NCBI GenBank assembly: GCA_024653205.1
Contig: JANLFO010000002.1
Span: 15,776-79,775 of the forward strand
Source of the DNA: Clostridia bacterium
Lineage (GTDB): Bacteria; Bacillota; DSM-521; Neomoorellales; SLTJ01
DNA: 64,000 nt
Direction: 5' to 3'
Shown piece by piece: positions 35,129 to 46,185 of this stretch. The notes below the pieces were generated by a model. It saw only the letters and a list, made by a program, of their open reading frames with translations. It was not told the DNA's origin and made no database searches. Made by a program: the position numbers and the translations under genes. Position 1 is the first letter of the stretch. Each line of letters opens with the position of its first letter.

Positions 35129-35890
35129 GTGAACCACGTGCTTCGGGAAATAGGGCGTCTTCGTCTGGCACTCGCCTTTCTTACCCGGTTGCCGGTCGGA
35201 GGCAGCCGGTGGTCGCCGGGAGACTACCGGGGAAGTCTGCTCTGGTTTCCCGTGGTAGGCGCGGCGATAGGTCTGCTCCAGGGAACCGTTGCCTGGGCGG
35301 CGGCGCGGTTTCTGCCCGCGCCGGTGGCGGCAGCCTTGACCGTGGCGGCCGGCGTGCTCTTGAGCGGGGGACTGCACCTGGACGGTCTGATGGACACTGC
35401 CGACGGGCTGGCCAGCGGTCGCCCGCCCCGGGAGGCCCTGGAGGTCATGAGAGATAGCGCGGTGGGGGCGTACGGCATAATGGCAGTCTGTCTGGTACTT
35501 CTGCTCCAGTATTCAGCCGCCCTCTCGCTCCTCAACCTGGACTACTCGCTCCTTGCCGGTATATATACCTCCATAGTCACCCTTTCCCGGGCCTCACTGG
35601 TTAGTGCGATTTGCCTTCACCCGTACGCCCGCTCCCAGGGTTTGGGCAGCGCCTTCCGGGGGTCAGGGAAAAGAGAGGCGGTCGGGGCATGGGTCACTTC
35701 GGCGCTGGTATGCGTGGCCCTGTGTCGCCGGTGGGGACCGGTGCTCTTGGCCGGCTCGCTGGCGCTGGCCCTGACATACGGCTTCCGTATGGCCCGGGTT
35801 TTCGGCGGCCTTACCGGCGACATGTACGGTGCCCTGGCGGAAATAGAGGCGACGATTCTCTTGCTCGTGGCGGTGGCCCTCTGGACCTAG
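35129..35890 (+). CDS. cobS: Adenosylcobinamide-GDP ribazoletransferase (cobalamin synthase)
   Basis: LALAFLTRLPV...HLDGLMDTADGL and polytopic membrane topology. SD AGGAGGAAA. Confidence 0.9.
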   Translation: MNHVLREIGRLRLALAFLTRLPVGGSRWSPGDYRGSLLWFPVVGAAIGLLQGTVAWAAARFLPAPVAAALTVAAGVLLSGGLHLDGLMDTADGLASGRPPREALEVMRDSAVGAYGIMAVCLVLLLQYSAALSLLNLDYSLLAGIYTSIVTLSRASLVSAICLHPYARSQGLGSAFRGSGKREAVGAWVTSALVCVALCRRWGPVLLAGSLALALTYGFRMARVFGGLTGDMYGALAEIEATILLLVAVALWT

Positions 35891-35917
35891 CCGCACCGTA
35901 GTAGGGAGGGTGGGTAA

Positions 35918-36826
35918 ATGGAGGCCACGGTGGCCGTGCCCGGGTGCTGCGGGGAACTGGTGGAAGGCCTGCTGGGCGACCACGACTTTCTGATAAGCTG
36001 CCCGGTCAACCTGGTCTCCGTAGTTACCGTGCGATTGACAGAAGGCCGCCCGGGAAGGATAGAGGTGCCGCCGGGAAAGGAAAAGACCAGGAAGGCGGTG
36101 GGTGCCACGCTGCGGTATCTCGGCCGGGCGGAGGCCGGAGCGCGGGTGGAAATCGTCTCCTCCCTGCCGCCGGGTAAGGGTATGGGTAGCAGCAGTGCGG
36201 ACGTATGTGCGGCCATTGCCGCCACGGCGCTGGCCCTGGGCCGCAGGCTGGATTATGCCGAACTGGCCCGACTGGCGGTTTCGGTAGAACCCACCAACAG
36301 CACCTTTTTACCCGGGCTAGCACTCTTCGATCATCTGCAGGCGCGCTTCTTCCGGCTTCTCGGACCCCCTCCGGCCATGGCCGTCCTGGCCGTGGACTGC
36401 GGCGGAGAAGTGGACACCCTGGCTTTCAACCGCCGGCCGGATCTGCGCGAACTCCGGCGACGGGCCCGGCCGCTCACCTCCAGGGCCCTGCGGCTTATCG
36501 GTCTGGGCCTGAGACAGGCGGACCCCCGTCTGGTTGCCCGGGGCGCCACCTTGAGCGCCTGGGCCAACCAGCGTATCCTGCCCCAACCCCTGTTCCGGCC
36601 CCTGCTCCGGTGGGCTCTGGCCCGGGGAGCCTGGGGGGTGAACGTGGCGCACAGCGGTACGGTGGCGGGGGTCCTTCTCGATCCCCACCGACCGGACGTG
36701 GAACGGCTGGTGGACGAACTGGCGGCGAGCTTTCCGGGAATAGAGCGGGTTTACTGGCTCCAGATGGTTCCCGGTGGGGTCATGGCCGCCGGGGCAGGAG
36801 TGCGGGGGGGCCAAACGTGGGATTAG
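35918..36826 (+). CDS. pduX: GHMP-family kinase, PduX-like L-threonine kinase
   Basis: GELVEG...SSLPPGKGMGSSSADVCAA is a GHMP motif. Positioned between cobS and cobD. Confidence 0.7.
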   Translation: MEATVAVPGCCGELVEGLLGDHDFLISCPVNLVSVVTVRLTEGRPGRIEVPPGKEKTRKAVGATLRYLGRAEAGARVEIVSSLPPGKGMGSSSADVCAAIAATALALGRRLDYAELARLAVSVEPTNSTFLPGLALFDHLQARFFRLLGPPPAMAVLAVDCGGEVDTLAFNRRPDLRELRRRARPLTSRALRLIGLGLRQADPRLVARGATLSAWANQRILPQPLFRPLLRWALARGAWGVNVAHSGTVAGVLLDPHRPDVERLVDELAASFPGIERVYWLQMVPGGVMAAGAGVRGGQTWD

Positions 36827-37893
36827 TGGAACACGGAGGCAATCGCTGGCGGGCGGGCCTGCTCTACGGCCGTGAACCCGGGACCTTCCTGGACTTCAGC
36901 GCCAATCTTAATCCCCTCGGGCCCCCTCCGGGGCTGGAGGACTGGCTGGCGGCCCGGATGCAGGAGGCCGCCTACTATCCGGACCCCGAATACCGCCGGC
37001 TGAAGAGTGTGCTGAAAGAACATCTTTCGGCCTCCGGTGCCGTGGTGGTAGGCAACGGGGCGGTAGAGCTTATCTGCCTTCTGCCCCTCCTGTTGCGGCC
37101 CAACACGGTACTGGTTGTGGAGCCGGGGTTCGGCGAGTACGCGGCCGCGGCCCGGGCGGCGGGCGCCCGGGTCCGGCAACTGGTACTCAGCCCCTCTTGC
37201 GGGTTTGTTCTGCGGCCCGAAGAACTGGAGGCGAAACTCCGGGGGACGGAAATGTGCTTCATCGGCTGGCCCAACAATCCCACGGGTAACTTTCCCCTGG
37301 CCCCCGGGGATTTGGAGGCGGTGATCGCCCGGCACCCGGAATGCCTTTTTGTAGTGGACGAATCGTTTATGGACTTCGTCCTGCCGCCGGGAGCGGCCAG
37401 CCTGGCGGGGGCCGTGCACCGGTTAGCCAACCTGTGCGTGCTCTATTCACTTACCAAGTTCTTCGCGCTGCCCGGCCTTCGGCTGGGCTGCGCGGTAACG
37501 AGCCAGGCCCTGGCGGAAAGGCTGGAGCAGGGCAGCCCTCCCTGGAGGGTGAACGTTATGGCGGCCAGGGCGGGAGAGTACGTCCTGGAGCAGAGGGGCT
37601 ACGCCGAATATACCCGCTCCGTGATTCACGGGGAGCGCACCTTGCTCTCCCAAGGTCTGAGGGAGCTAGGCTATTCCCCATTTCCGGCAGAGGCCAACTT
37701 CGTGCTGATTCACCTGGGCAGGGGAACCCAGGGGCAGGAACTGGAGGTAGAACTGGGCCGGCGGGGCCTGCTGATACGGCGGTGTGCCTCCTTCACCGGC
37801 CTGGACGATCGCTTCATCCGGGTGGCCGTACGCCTGCGTTGGGAAAACGCACGCCTCTTGCGCGCCCTGGAGGAGGTCGGGGGGAGGAAGTAA
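36817..37893 (+). CDS. cobD: L-threonine-O-3-phosphate decarboxylase (class I/II aminotransferase fold)
   Basis: HGGNRW...FLDFSANLNPLGPP...YPDPEY...YSLTKFFALPGLRLG. Track ORF 36205-37893 trimmed to GTG 36817 (or 36826), overlapping the pduX stop. Confidence 0.85.
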   Translation: MGLVEHGGNRWRAGLLYGREPGTFLDFSANLNPLGPPPGLEDWLAARMQEAAYYPDPEYRRLKSVLKEHLSASGAVVVGNGAVELICLLPLLLRPNTVLVVEPGFGEYAAAARAAGARVRQLVLSPSCGFVLRPEELEAKLRGTEMCFIGWPNNPTGNFPLAPGDLEAVIARHPECLFVVDESFMDFVLPPGAASLAGAVHRLANLCVLYSLTKFFALPGLRLGCAVTSQALAERLEQGSPPWRVNVMAARAGEYVLEQRGYAEYTRSVIHGERTLLSQGLRELGYSPFPAEANFVLIHLGRGTQGQELEVELGRRGLLIRRCASFTGLDDRFIRVAVRLRWENARLLRALEEVGGRK

Positions 37894-37896
37894 ACC

Positions 37897-38541
37897 TTGG
37901 AGCGACCCACGCGGATATACCTGGTGAGACACGGAGAAACCGAGTGGAATTCCCTGGGGCAATACCAGGGTCATCGGGACGTGGACCTGAGTGATCTGGG
38001 CCGGCGGCAGGCGGTGTGCCTCCAGGAGAGGTTCCGGGGGGAACAGTTGGCCGCCTTCTATGCCAGCGATTTGCGGCGGGCGGCCGAAACCGCGGCCGTT
38101 ATCGCCGCTCCTCACGGCCTGGAGGTGCAACAGCTGCCTGCCCTCCGCGAGATGGACTTCGGCCATTGGGAAGGGTTAACCCACGGGCAGATAGCCGCGC
38201 TCTATCCGGCGGAGTTCAAGGCGTGGTTTCGGGGTCCGGGTACGGTAGAGGTGCCCGGCGGGGAGAGCTTCGCCCGGGTGCAGCAGCGGGCCTGGGCGGC
38301 CCTGACCGAGATCGTGGCCCGCCATTCCGGCCGGAAGGTGCTGGTGGTTTCCCACGGGGGCACCATCCGCGCCCTCATCTGCGCGGCCCTGGGGTTGGAC
38401 GCGGATGCCCTCTGGCACCTGGCCCTGGATAATGCGGCGGTAAGCGTGCTGGACTTTTACTCCCAGGGTCCGGTGTTGAGCCTGCTCAACGATTGCAGCC
38501 ACCTCCGTTGCCTTTATAAACCCCCGGCTGGGCAGTCATAA
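37897..38541 (+). CDS. cobC: Histidine-phosphatase family protein, probable alpha-ribazole phosphatase
   Basis: [12 protein letters not shown]...SDLRRA...VVSHGG. Last gene of the cob cluster. Confidence 0.75.
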   Translation: MERPTRIYLVRHGETEWNSLGQYQGHRDVDLSDLGRRQAVCLQERFRGEQLAAFYASDLRRAAETAAVIAAPHGLEVQQLPALREMDFGHWEGLTHGQIAALYPAEFKAWFRGPGTVEVPGGESFARVQQRAWAALTEIVARHSGRKVLVVSHGGTIRALICAALGLDADALWHLALDNAAVSVLDFYSQGPVLSLLNDCSHLRCLYKPPAGQS

Positions 38542-38559
38542 TAGCAGCGGAGGTGTAGT

Positions 38560-40321
<1,762 letters not shown>

Positions 40322-40334
40322 GGGAGGTGGAGAC

Positions 40335-41213
40335 ATGCCTTACGAGGGGTTGATCTACCGTCCGCCCAGTGAAGCCCACAGCCTTATCCTGCAGGTAACC
40401 GTAGGCTGCTCGCACGGCGCCTGCACCTTCTGCAGCGCCTACCTGGGTAAACGTTTTCGCATCAAGGAGTGGGAGGAAGTCGAGGAGGACATCCGGCTGG
40501 CGGAGACCCACTATCGTCCCCTGGTGGAGCGGGTCTTTCTGGCCGACGGCAACGCCCTGGTCATGGATACGGAGCGCCTGCTCCGCCTGCTGGAGCGTCT
40601 GTACCGGGCCTTTCCCAATCTCAAGCGGGTAGGAATATACGGCGGTCCCCGGGACATTCTGCGCAAGACCCCGGAGGAACTGCGGGCCCTCAAAGAAGCG
40701 GGCTTGGGCATTATTTACCTGGGAGTAGAAACCGGCGATGACGAATTGCTGCGGGCCATCCGCAAAGGAGTGAGTTCTCGGCAGATGATTGAAGCCGGAC
40801 GAAAAGTCGTTGAGTCCGGCATAGCCCTTTCCGTAACCGTGATTGCCGGGTTGGGCGGTCCTGCGTTGAGCGAGCGTCACGCGCGGCGCACCGCCGAAGT
40901 GATAAACGCCATCGATCCCCCTTACCTGGGCGTGCTCACCCTCATGGTCGAGGAAGGCACGCCCCTGGCCGAGGAGGTGCGGCAGGGGCGGTTTACCCCG
41001 CTCACGCCCTGGGAGGTGTTGAAGGAGCTCCGCATGCTGGTGGAGGGGCTGGAAACCACCGCCTGCCTGTTCCGCGCCAATCACGCCTCCAATTACCTGC
41101 CTCTGGGGGGCGTGCTGGCCCGGGAGAAACCCAGGGTATTGGCGGCCATCGATCGGGTTCTTGCTGCCCAGGACGACCGCCTCCTCCGGCCGGAGAGCCT
41201 GCGGGCCCTCTAG
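40335..41213 (+). CDS. Radical SAM protein of unknown function with an Elp3-type CX4CX2C cluster motif
   Basis: MPYEGLIYRPPSEAHSLILQVTVGCSHGACTFC..., ATG at 40335 after AGGGAGGTGG. TIM-barrel-like GIIYLGVETGDDELL. Confidence 0.8.
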   Translation: MPYEGLIYRPPSEAHSLILQVTVGCSHGACTFCSAYLGKRFRIKEWEEVEEDIRLAETHYRPLVERVFLADGNALVMDTERLLRLLERLYRAFPNLKRVGIYGGPRDILRKTPEELRALKEAGLGIIYLGVETGDDELLRAIRKGVSSRQMIEAGRKVVESGIALSVTVIAGLGGPALSERHARRTAEVINAIDPPYLGVLTLMVEEGTPLAEEVRQGRFTPLTPWEVLKELRMLVEGLETTACLFRANHASNYLPLGGVLAREKPRVLAAIDRVLAAQDDRLLRPESLRAL

Positions 41214-41497
41214 CGCCACTCCGGCGGGGCGGGCACATAGCCAGCCCGCTCCAGGACCGCCGCCAGGATGGTTTCCGGCTTTCGCCCTCGTGCCTCGATG
41301 ACCGGCACCGGGTACTCCACGTCCAGACGGCCGCCGAAGTCGCGGTCCAGGCCGGATATCACTACGGCCTGACAGCCCTCGAGGTCGGACCGTTCGGCGC
41401 CGACGTCCTTGATGGGGCGCACCTCTACCCCGTTGGCGGCCAGGTACTCGGCCACATCGCCCAAGGTCTCTTCTACCGCTACCACCGGTCTGACCAA
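41210..41497 (-). CDS. ykuS: UPF0180/YkuS-family small protein
   Basis: 95-aa ORF VAVEETLGDVAEYLAANGVEVRPI...GCQAVVISGLD, resembling B. subtilis YkuS. SD AAGGAGGGG before the TTG. Confidence 0.7.
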   Translation of the reverse strand: MVRPVVAVEETLGDVAEYLAANGVEVRPIKDVGAERSDLEGCQAVVISGLDRDFGGRLDVEYPVPVIEARGRKPETILAAVLERAGYVPAPPEWR

Positions 41498-41602
41498 AAG
41501 CTCATCCCCTCCTTATCCTTAAGGTGCTCCGGCAGCGGACGGTTTATCCCGCTAACCCGGCAGCAGGCGGCGCATACTGATTTAGAGGGGGTGTAAGGAC
41601 GG

Positions 41603-41878
41603 GTGGGCAAACGTGTTGAGGAAATCCTGGGCTTCTGTTCTGGCCGGCCCGGCCGTCTGCAGGCGAGATTGGGGCGATTGGAAAGCCGGCTGGATCTGGC
41701 GGTGCAGGAGCCTCGGCTCCGGAAGGACACGCCGGCCGGAGTGGAGTTCGTCGGCGCGGACGGAACCAGTAGCCTGGTGCTTCTGGAGGAAGAGATCGCC
41801 CATCTGCGTCCCATAACGGGCGGCCAGGGCCTGGTAATTTCCCTGGACGGGGGGACCGAGCTCGAATACCGGTTCTGA
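41603..41878 (+). CDS. Hypothetical small protein
   Basis: 91-aa ORF with host-like codon choice. GAGGGGG lies 10 nt before the GTG. No recognisable domain. Overlapped by three antisense ORFs that I regard as GC artefacts. Confidence 0.4.
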   Translation: MGKRVEEILGFCSGRPGRLQARLGRLESRLDLAVQEPRLRKDTPAGVEFVGADGTSSLVLLEEEIAHLRPITGGQGLVISLDGGTELEYRF

Positions 41879-42073
41879 CCGGTGCGGGGCGTCCCGGGTC
41901 GAGGCGAGGAGCCGTCCGGCGGCGGTCGGTGGGCCCGGTTTCTGCAGCGTGATAGCCCGGGCTGCGCTCCGGACCGGACGCAAGCCGGCGGGGTGGCGGG
42001 CGCACGGGACCGCAGCGCCGCCACCCGGCCCTCTGACGAATCCCCCCTGGGGATAACTCAGCCCGGCCCTCGG

Positions 42074-42102
42074 TTGAAGCCCACGGGAGGTCATGGTAGA
42101 AT
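42074..42102 (+). promoter_or_regulatory. Sigma-A-type promoter of miaB
   Basis: TTGAAG (42074-42079), 17-nt spacer, TAGAAT (42097-42102). Confidence 0.5.
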
Positions 42103-42150
42103 AGGTCGGACGAACGGGTCAACATAACGCCTGTGTAGGGGTCTGTCGCC

Positions 42151-43470
42151 TTGACCGGAGCGAAGAAGTATCTCACCTTTACCTACGGCTGTCAGATGAA
42201 CGAACACGACACCGAGGTTATGGCCGGGCTGCTGGAAGAGGCGGGATACCGGCCCGCCTTGGGTCCGGAAGAAGCGGACCTGATTCTTATCAACACCTGC
42301 TCGGTACGGGAGAAGGCGGAGAACAAAGTCTTCGGCCAGTTAGGCCAACTCTCCGCCTGGAAGCGGCGGCGGCCGGGCCTGATCATCGGCGTCGCGGGGT
42401 GCATGGCCCAGCGATTGGGAGAAACGCTTCGCCGCAAGGCCCCGCAGGTGGACTTCGTGGTGGGCCCCGGCGATCTGCACCGGCTGCCGGAACTGGTCCG
42501 CCGGGTGGAGGAGGAGCGGCAATTCGTGCTGGCCACCGGTTGGCCGGGAGGCGAACCGGTGGAAAACCTGCCCGTGAGGCGGGCGGATCGCATCCGGGCC
42601 TATGTTAACATCAGCTTCGGCTGCAACAACTTCTGCAGCTTCTGCATAGTGCCCTATCTTCGGGGGCCGGAGCGCAGCCGGCGGGCGGAACACATCCTGG
42701 CCGAAGTGGAGGCCCTGGCCCGGGAAGGCTACCGCGAGGTAATGCTGTTAGGTCAGAACGTGAACACCTACGGGCGCGACCTGCCGGGCGGGGTGAGCTT
42801 CGGCGGTCTGCTACAGCAGGTGGACGCGGTTGAGGGGCTGGCCCGCATCCGCTACACCACCTCCCACCCGCGCGATTTCGGCCCCGAACTGGTAGAGGTG
42901 GTGGCCTCCGCCCGGAAGGTCTGCGAGCACTTCCATCTTCCCGCCCAGGCCGGATCGGACCGCGTCCTGGAACGCATGCGCCGGGGATATACCCGCGAGC
43001 ACTATTTGCGCCTGACCGAAATCATCCGGCGCCGCCTTCCCCATGCCAGCATTACTACCGACCTAATCGTGGGCTTTCCCGGAGAAACCGAGGAGGATTT
43101 TGAAGCCACCCTGGACCTGGTGGAGAGGGTGCGCTTCGATGCCGCCTTTACCTTCATGTATTCTCCCCGGCCGGGCACGGCGGCGGCGGCGTTTCCGGAC
43201 CAGGTGCCGCCGGAAGTCAGGCGGGAAAGGCTCGTGCGCCTCAACCGCCTGCAGAACCGGCTGACGCGGGAAAGCAACGAAAGGCTGGCAGGCGAGACCG
43301 TAGAGGTGCTGGTGGAAGGACCGAGCAAGACAAATCCCGAGCGGCTGTCCGGGCGTACCCGCACCAACAAGATCGTGGTGTTCTCCGGGCCGCCCGAACT
43401 GATAGGGCAGCTGGTGAACGTGCGCATAACCGAGGCCCAGACCTTCAACCTCTTCGGCGAACTGGTCTAG
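42151..43470 (+). CDS. miaB: tRNA-i6A37 methylthiotransferase
   Basis: YLTFTYGCQMNEHDTE, radical SAM CNNFCSFC, and a TRAM C-terminus. Confidence 0.92.
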   Translation: MTGAKKYLTFTYGCQMNEHDTEVMAGLLEEAGYRPALGPEEADLILINTCSVREKAENKVFGQLGQLSAWKRRRPGLIIGVAGCMAQRLGETLRRKAPQVDFVVGPGDLHRLPELVRRVEEERQFVLATGWPGGEPVENLPVRRADRIRAYVNISFGCNNFCSFCIVPYLRGPERSRRAEHILAEVEALAREGYREVMLLGQNVNTYGRDLPGGVSFGGLLQQVDAVEGLARIRYTTSHPRDFGPELVEVVASARKVCEHFHLPAQAGSDRVLERMRRGYTREHYLRLTEIIRRRLPHASITTDLIVGFPGETEEDFEATLDLVERVRFDAAFTFMYSPRPGTAAAAFPDQVPPEVRRERLVRLNRLQNRLTRESNERLAGETVEVLVEGPSKTNPERLSGRTRTNKIVVFSGPPELIGQLVNVRITEAQTFNLFGELV

Positions 43471-43481
43471 GGGGAGAGCCA

Positions 43482-46118
43482 ATGCAGGAACTCACGCCCA
43501 TGTTGGACCAGTACCGGCGCATTAAGGAGCAGTACCGGGACGCCCTGGTGTTCTTTCGCCTGGGAGACTTTTACGAAATGTTCTATGAGGATGCCGAGAT
43601 TGCCTCCCGGGAACTGGAAATCACCCTCACCAGCCGGCCGGCGGGAAGGGCGGGTGCGGTGCCCATGTGCGGGGTGCCGTATCACGCCGCCGAAGGCTAC
43701 ATAGCCCGGCTGGCGGCCCGGGGCTACCGGGTTGCCATCTGCGAGCAGACGCCGGGTACCGAGGGCCGGTCCAAGCTCATGGACCGGGAAGTGGTACGGG
43801 TGGTCACGCCCGGCACCGTACTCACCGACGGCGTTCTCCTCCCGAAAGAGAACCATTATTTGGCCGTGCTGGTGGGAACCCAGGAGCACTGGGGCGCGGC
43901 CTACGCCGACGTGTCCACCGGTGAGTTCTATTTCGGCAGTTTCGCCCGGCGGCCGCAGGCCCTTGAGGAAGAACTCACGCGCCTATGTCCGGCGGAGGTA
44001 GTGGTAGCCCGGCCGGAGGACCGGGACGCGGTTTCCGAAATAGCCGCGCGGCTTGGCCTCAACCTGAGCTTTTTTGCTGCCGCTGCCCGCGCACCCGAGG
44101 AGATCCTGGCCCGGCATTTTGGCCGCACCCCGGAGGAACTGGCCGCCGGCGCCGGACCGGGAGCCCTGCAGGCGGCGGGAATCCTGGTGGCCTACCTTCT
44201 GGAGACCCAGAAAAACAGTCTCGAGCACCTGCGCCCGCCCCAGCGCTACAAGTCGCCCACCCACATGGTGTTGGACGCCGCCACCAAGCGGAACCTGGAG
44301 CTTACCGTCGGCCGCCACACCGGCACCCGCGAAGGGTCACTGGTGGCGGTACTCGACTTCACCCTCACTCCCATGGGCGGGAGACTGTTGCGGCGGTGGA
44401 TTGAAAACCCCCTGATCGAGATAGACGGCATTCGCGCCCGGCTGGACAGCGTAGAGGAACTGCTGGACCGGCCGCTGGTGGCGCACGAGCTGCGCTCTCT
44501 GTTGGGCGGGGTGCGGGATCTGGAAAGACTGGTGGCCAAGGCGGTTTACGGTACCGCCGGTCCCCGCGATCTCCTGGCGCTAAAGGATTCTCTGATGGTC
44601 TTGCCCCGGATAGGGGAAGTGGTGGGGCGGCTGGAAAAGGGATTGGCGGCCTGCCTGGGGCGCGATTTCGATCCCGTAACCGACCTGGCGGCCCGGCTGG
44701 AGGAGGCCATCGACCCCCAGGCGCCTCCGGGACTCGAGCAGGGGGGCATAATCCGGACGGGATACCATCCGGAGGTCGATCGCCTGCGTCGGGCGCGAGA
44801 GCGCGGCCAGGAGTGGATCGCCGGGCTCGAGACCAGAGAACGGGAAAGGACCGGCATCAAGTCCCTGAAGGTGGGTTACAACCGGGTCTTCGGATACTAC
44901 CTGGAGGTTACCAAGCCGAACCTCTCGCTGGTGCCGTCCGACTACCGGCGCAAGCAGACCCTGGTTAACGCGGAGCGCTTCGTTACCCCCGAGTTGGCCC
45001 AGTACGAGGAGCTCATTCTGGAGGCGGAAGAGAAGCTGGTAGCACTCGAGCAGCGTCTTTTTGCCGAGCTGCGCCGGGAGGTGGCCGCCGCGGCCGCCCG
45101 CATTCAGCAGGCGGCGGCAAGGGTGGCGACCTGGGACTGCCTGCAGGCCCTGGCCGAGGCTGCCGCCCGGCACAACTACGTGCGGCCTGAGGTCAATGAA
45201 GGTCCCGACCTGGTCATCCGCCAGGGCCGCCACCCGGTGGTAGAGTGCCACCTGCCTCCCGGAGAGTTCGTGGCCAACGACACCTGTCTGGACGGGAAGG
45301 AACAGCGGCTGGTAATTCTCACCGGGCCCAACATGGCCGGCAAGTCCACGTACATGCGTCAGGTGGCGCTCATCGTGCTTCTGGCGCAGATGGGCAGCTT
45401 CGTTCCCGCCGCCTACGCCCGGATTGGAGTGGTGGACCGGATTTTCACCAGGGTGGGAGCGGCCGACGATCTGGTATTCGGACGCAGCACTTTTCTGATG
45501 GAAATGCTGGAGTGCCGGACCATAGTGGAAGAGGCCACGGCCCGCAGCCTGGTGGTGATGGATGAGGTGGGCCGGGGCACCAGCACTTATGACGGGCTCA
45601 GCCTGGCCCAGGCCCTGCTGGAGTACATCCACCGTGAGATCGGCTGCCGCACTCTCTTCTCCACCCATTACCACGAGCTAACCGCGCTGGAGGACAGCCT
45701 GCCGGGAGTGGTGAACTACACCGTGGCCGTGGAGGAGAAGGAAGGCCGGCTTGTCTTCCTGCGTACCGTAGGCCGGGGGCGGGCGGACCGCAGCTACGGC
45801 ATCCAGGTGGCGGCCCTGGCCGGACTGCCCGAGCCGCTGCTGCGGCGGGCGCAGAAAGTGATGGAAGGGCTCACCCGGGGGGGAGAGGTGGGGCAGGCCG
45901 TCCCGGCGCCGGGCGAACGGCAGTCCGCCTGCTCGTCCCCGCAGGTACCGGAGGACGGGGGCCAACTCCGGTTGTTTGCCGAGGTCGGCCCGGTTGCCGA
46001 CGGACGGGAGCGGGCGGTGGTGGCGGAATTGAGGCGCCTCGATCTGGTGAGCATGACTCCCTTAGAGGCGCTCAACAAACTGTACGCATTGCAGACTCGC
46101 CTCAAGCGGGTACGCTAG
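43482..46118 (+). CDS. mutS: DNA mismatch repair protein MutS
   Basis: TPMLDQYRRIKEQYRDALVFFRLGDFYEMFYEDA, Walker A GPNMAGKST, 878 aa. Confidence 0.97.
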   Translation: MQELTPMLDQYRRIKEQYRDALVFFRLGDFYEMFYEDAEIASRELEITLTSRPAGRAGAVPMCGVPYHAAEGYIARLAARGYRVAICEQTPGTEGRSKLMDREVVRVVTPGTVLTDGVLLPKENHYLAVLVGTQEHWGAAYADVSTGEFYFGSFARRPQALEEELTRLCPAEVVVARPEDRDAVSEIAARLGLNLSFFAAAARAPEEILARHFGRTPEELAAGAGPGALQAAGILVAYLLETQKNSLEHLRPPQRYKSPTHMVLDAATKRNLELTVGRHTGTREGSLVAVLDFTLTPMGGRLLRRWIENPLIEIDGIRARLDSVEELLDRPLVAHELRSLLGGVRDLERLVAKAVYGTAGPRDLLALKDSLMVLPRIGEVVGRLEKGLAACLGRDFDPVTDLAARLEEAIDPQAPPGLEQGGIIRTGYHPEVDRLRRARERGQEWIAGLETRERERTGIKSLKVGYNRVFGYYLEVTKPNLSLVPSDYRRKQTLVNAERFVTPELAQYEELILEAEEKLVALEQRLFAELRREVAAAAARIQQAAARVATWDCLQALAEAAARHNYVRPEVNEGPDLVIRQGRHPVVECHLPPGEFVANDTCLDGKEQRLVILTGPNMAGKSTYMRQVALIVLLAQMGSFVPAAYARIGVVDRIFTRVGAADDLVFGRSTFLMEMLECRTIVEEATARSLVVMDEVGRGTSTYDGLSLAQALLEYIHREIGCRTLFSTHYHELTALEDSLPGVVNYTVAVEEKEGRLVFLRTVGRGRADRSYGIQVAALAGLPEPLLRRAQKVMEGLTRGGEVGQAVPAPGERQSACSSPQVPEDGGQLRLFAEVGPVADGRERAVVAELRRLDLVSMTPLEALNKLYALQTRLKRVR

Positions 46119-46185
46119 AAGGCCGAGACGCCAGAAGAGACCTAGACCCGAGAGGGGCAGGTGACCGCAGATTGCGGCGATAAGC

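Noticed and set aside
36205-36816. N-terminal 200-aa extension of the cobD ORF (track 36205-37893). Similar upstream extensions exist for ftsK (17197), uppP (16347), guaB (38756), aspartokinase (59227), the radical SAM gene (40194) and opuAA (11747).
   Set aside because: The extensions overlap the preceding gene in another frame, are compositionally junk, and lack SDs. Family-typical N-termini with good SDs occur at the trimmed starts given in the feature list.
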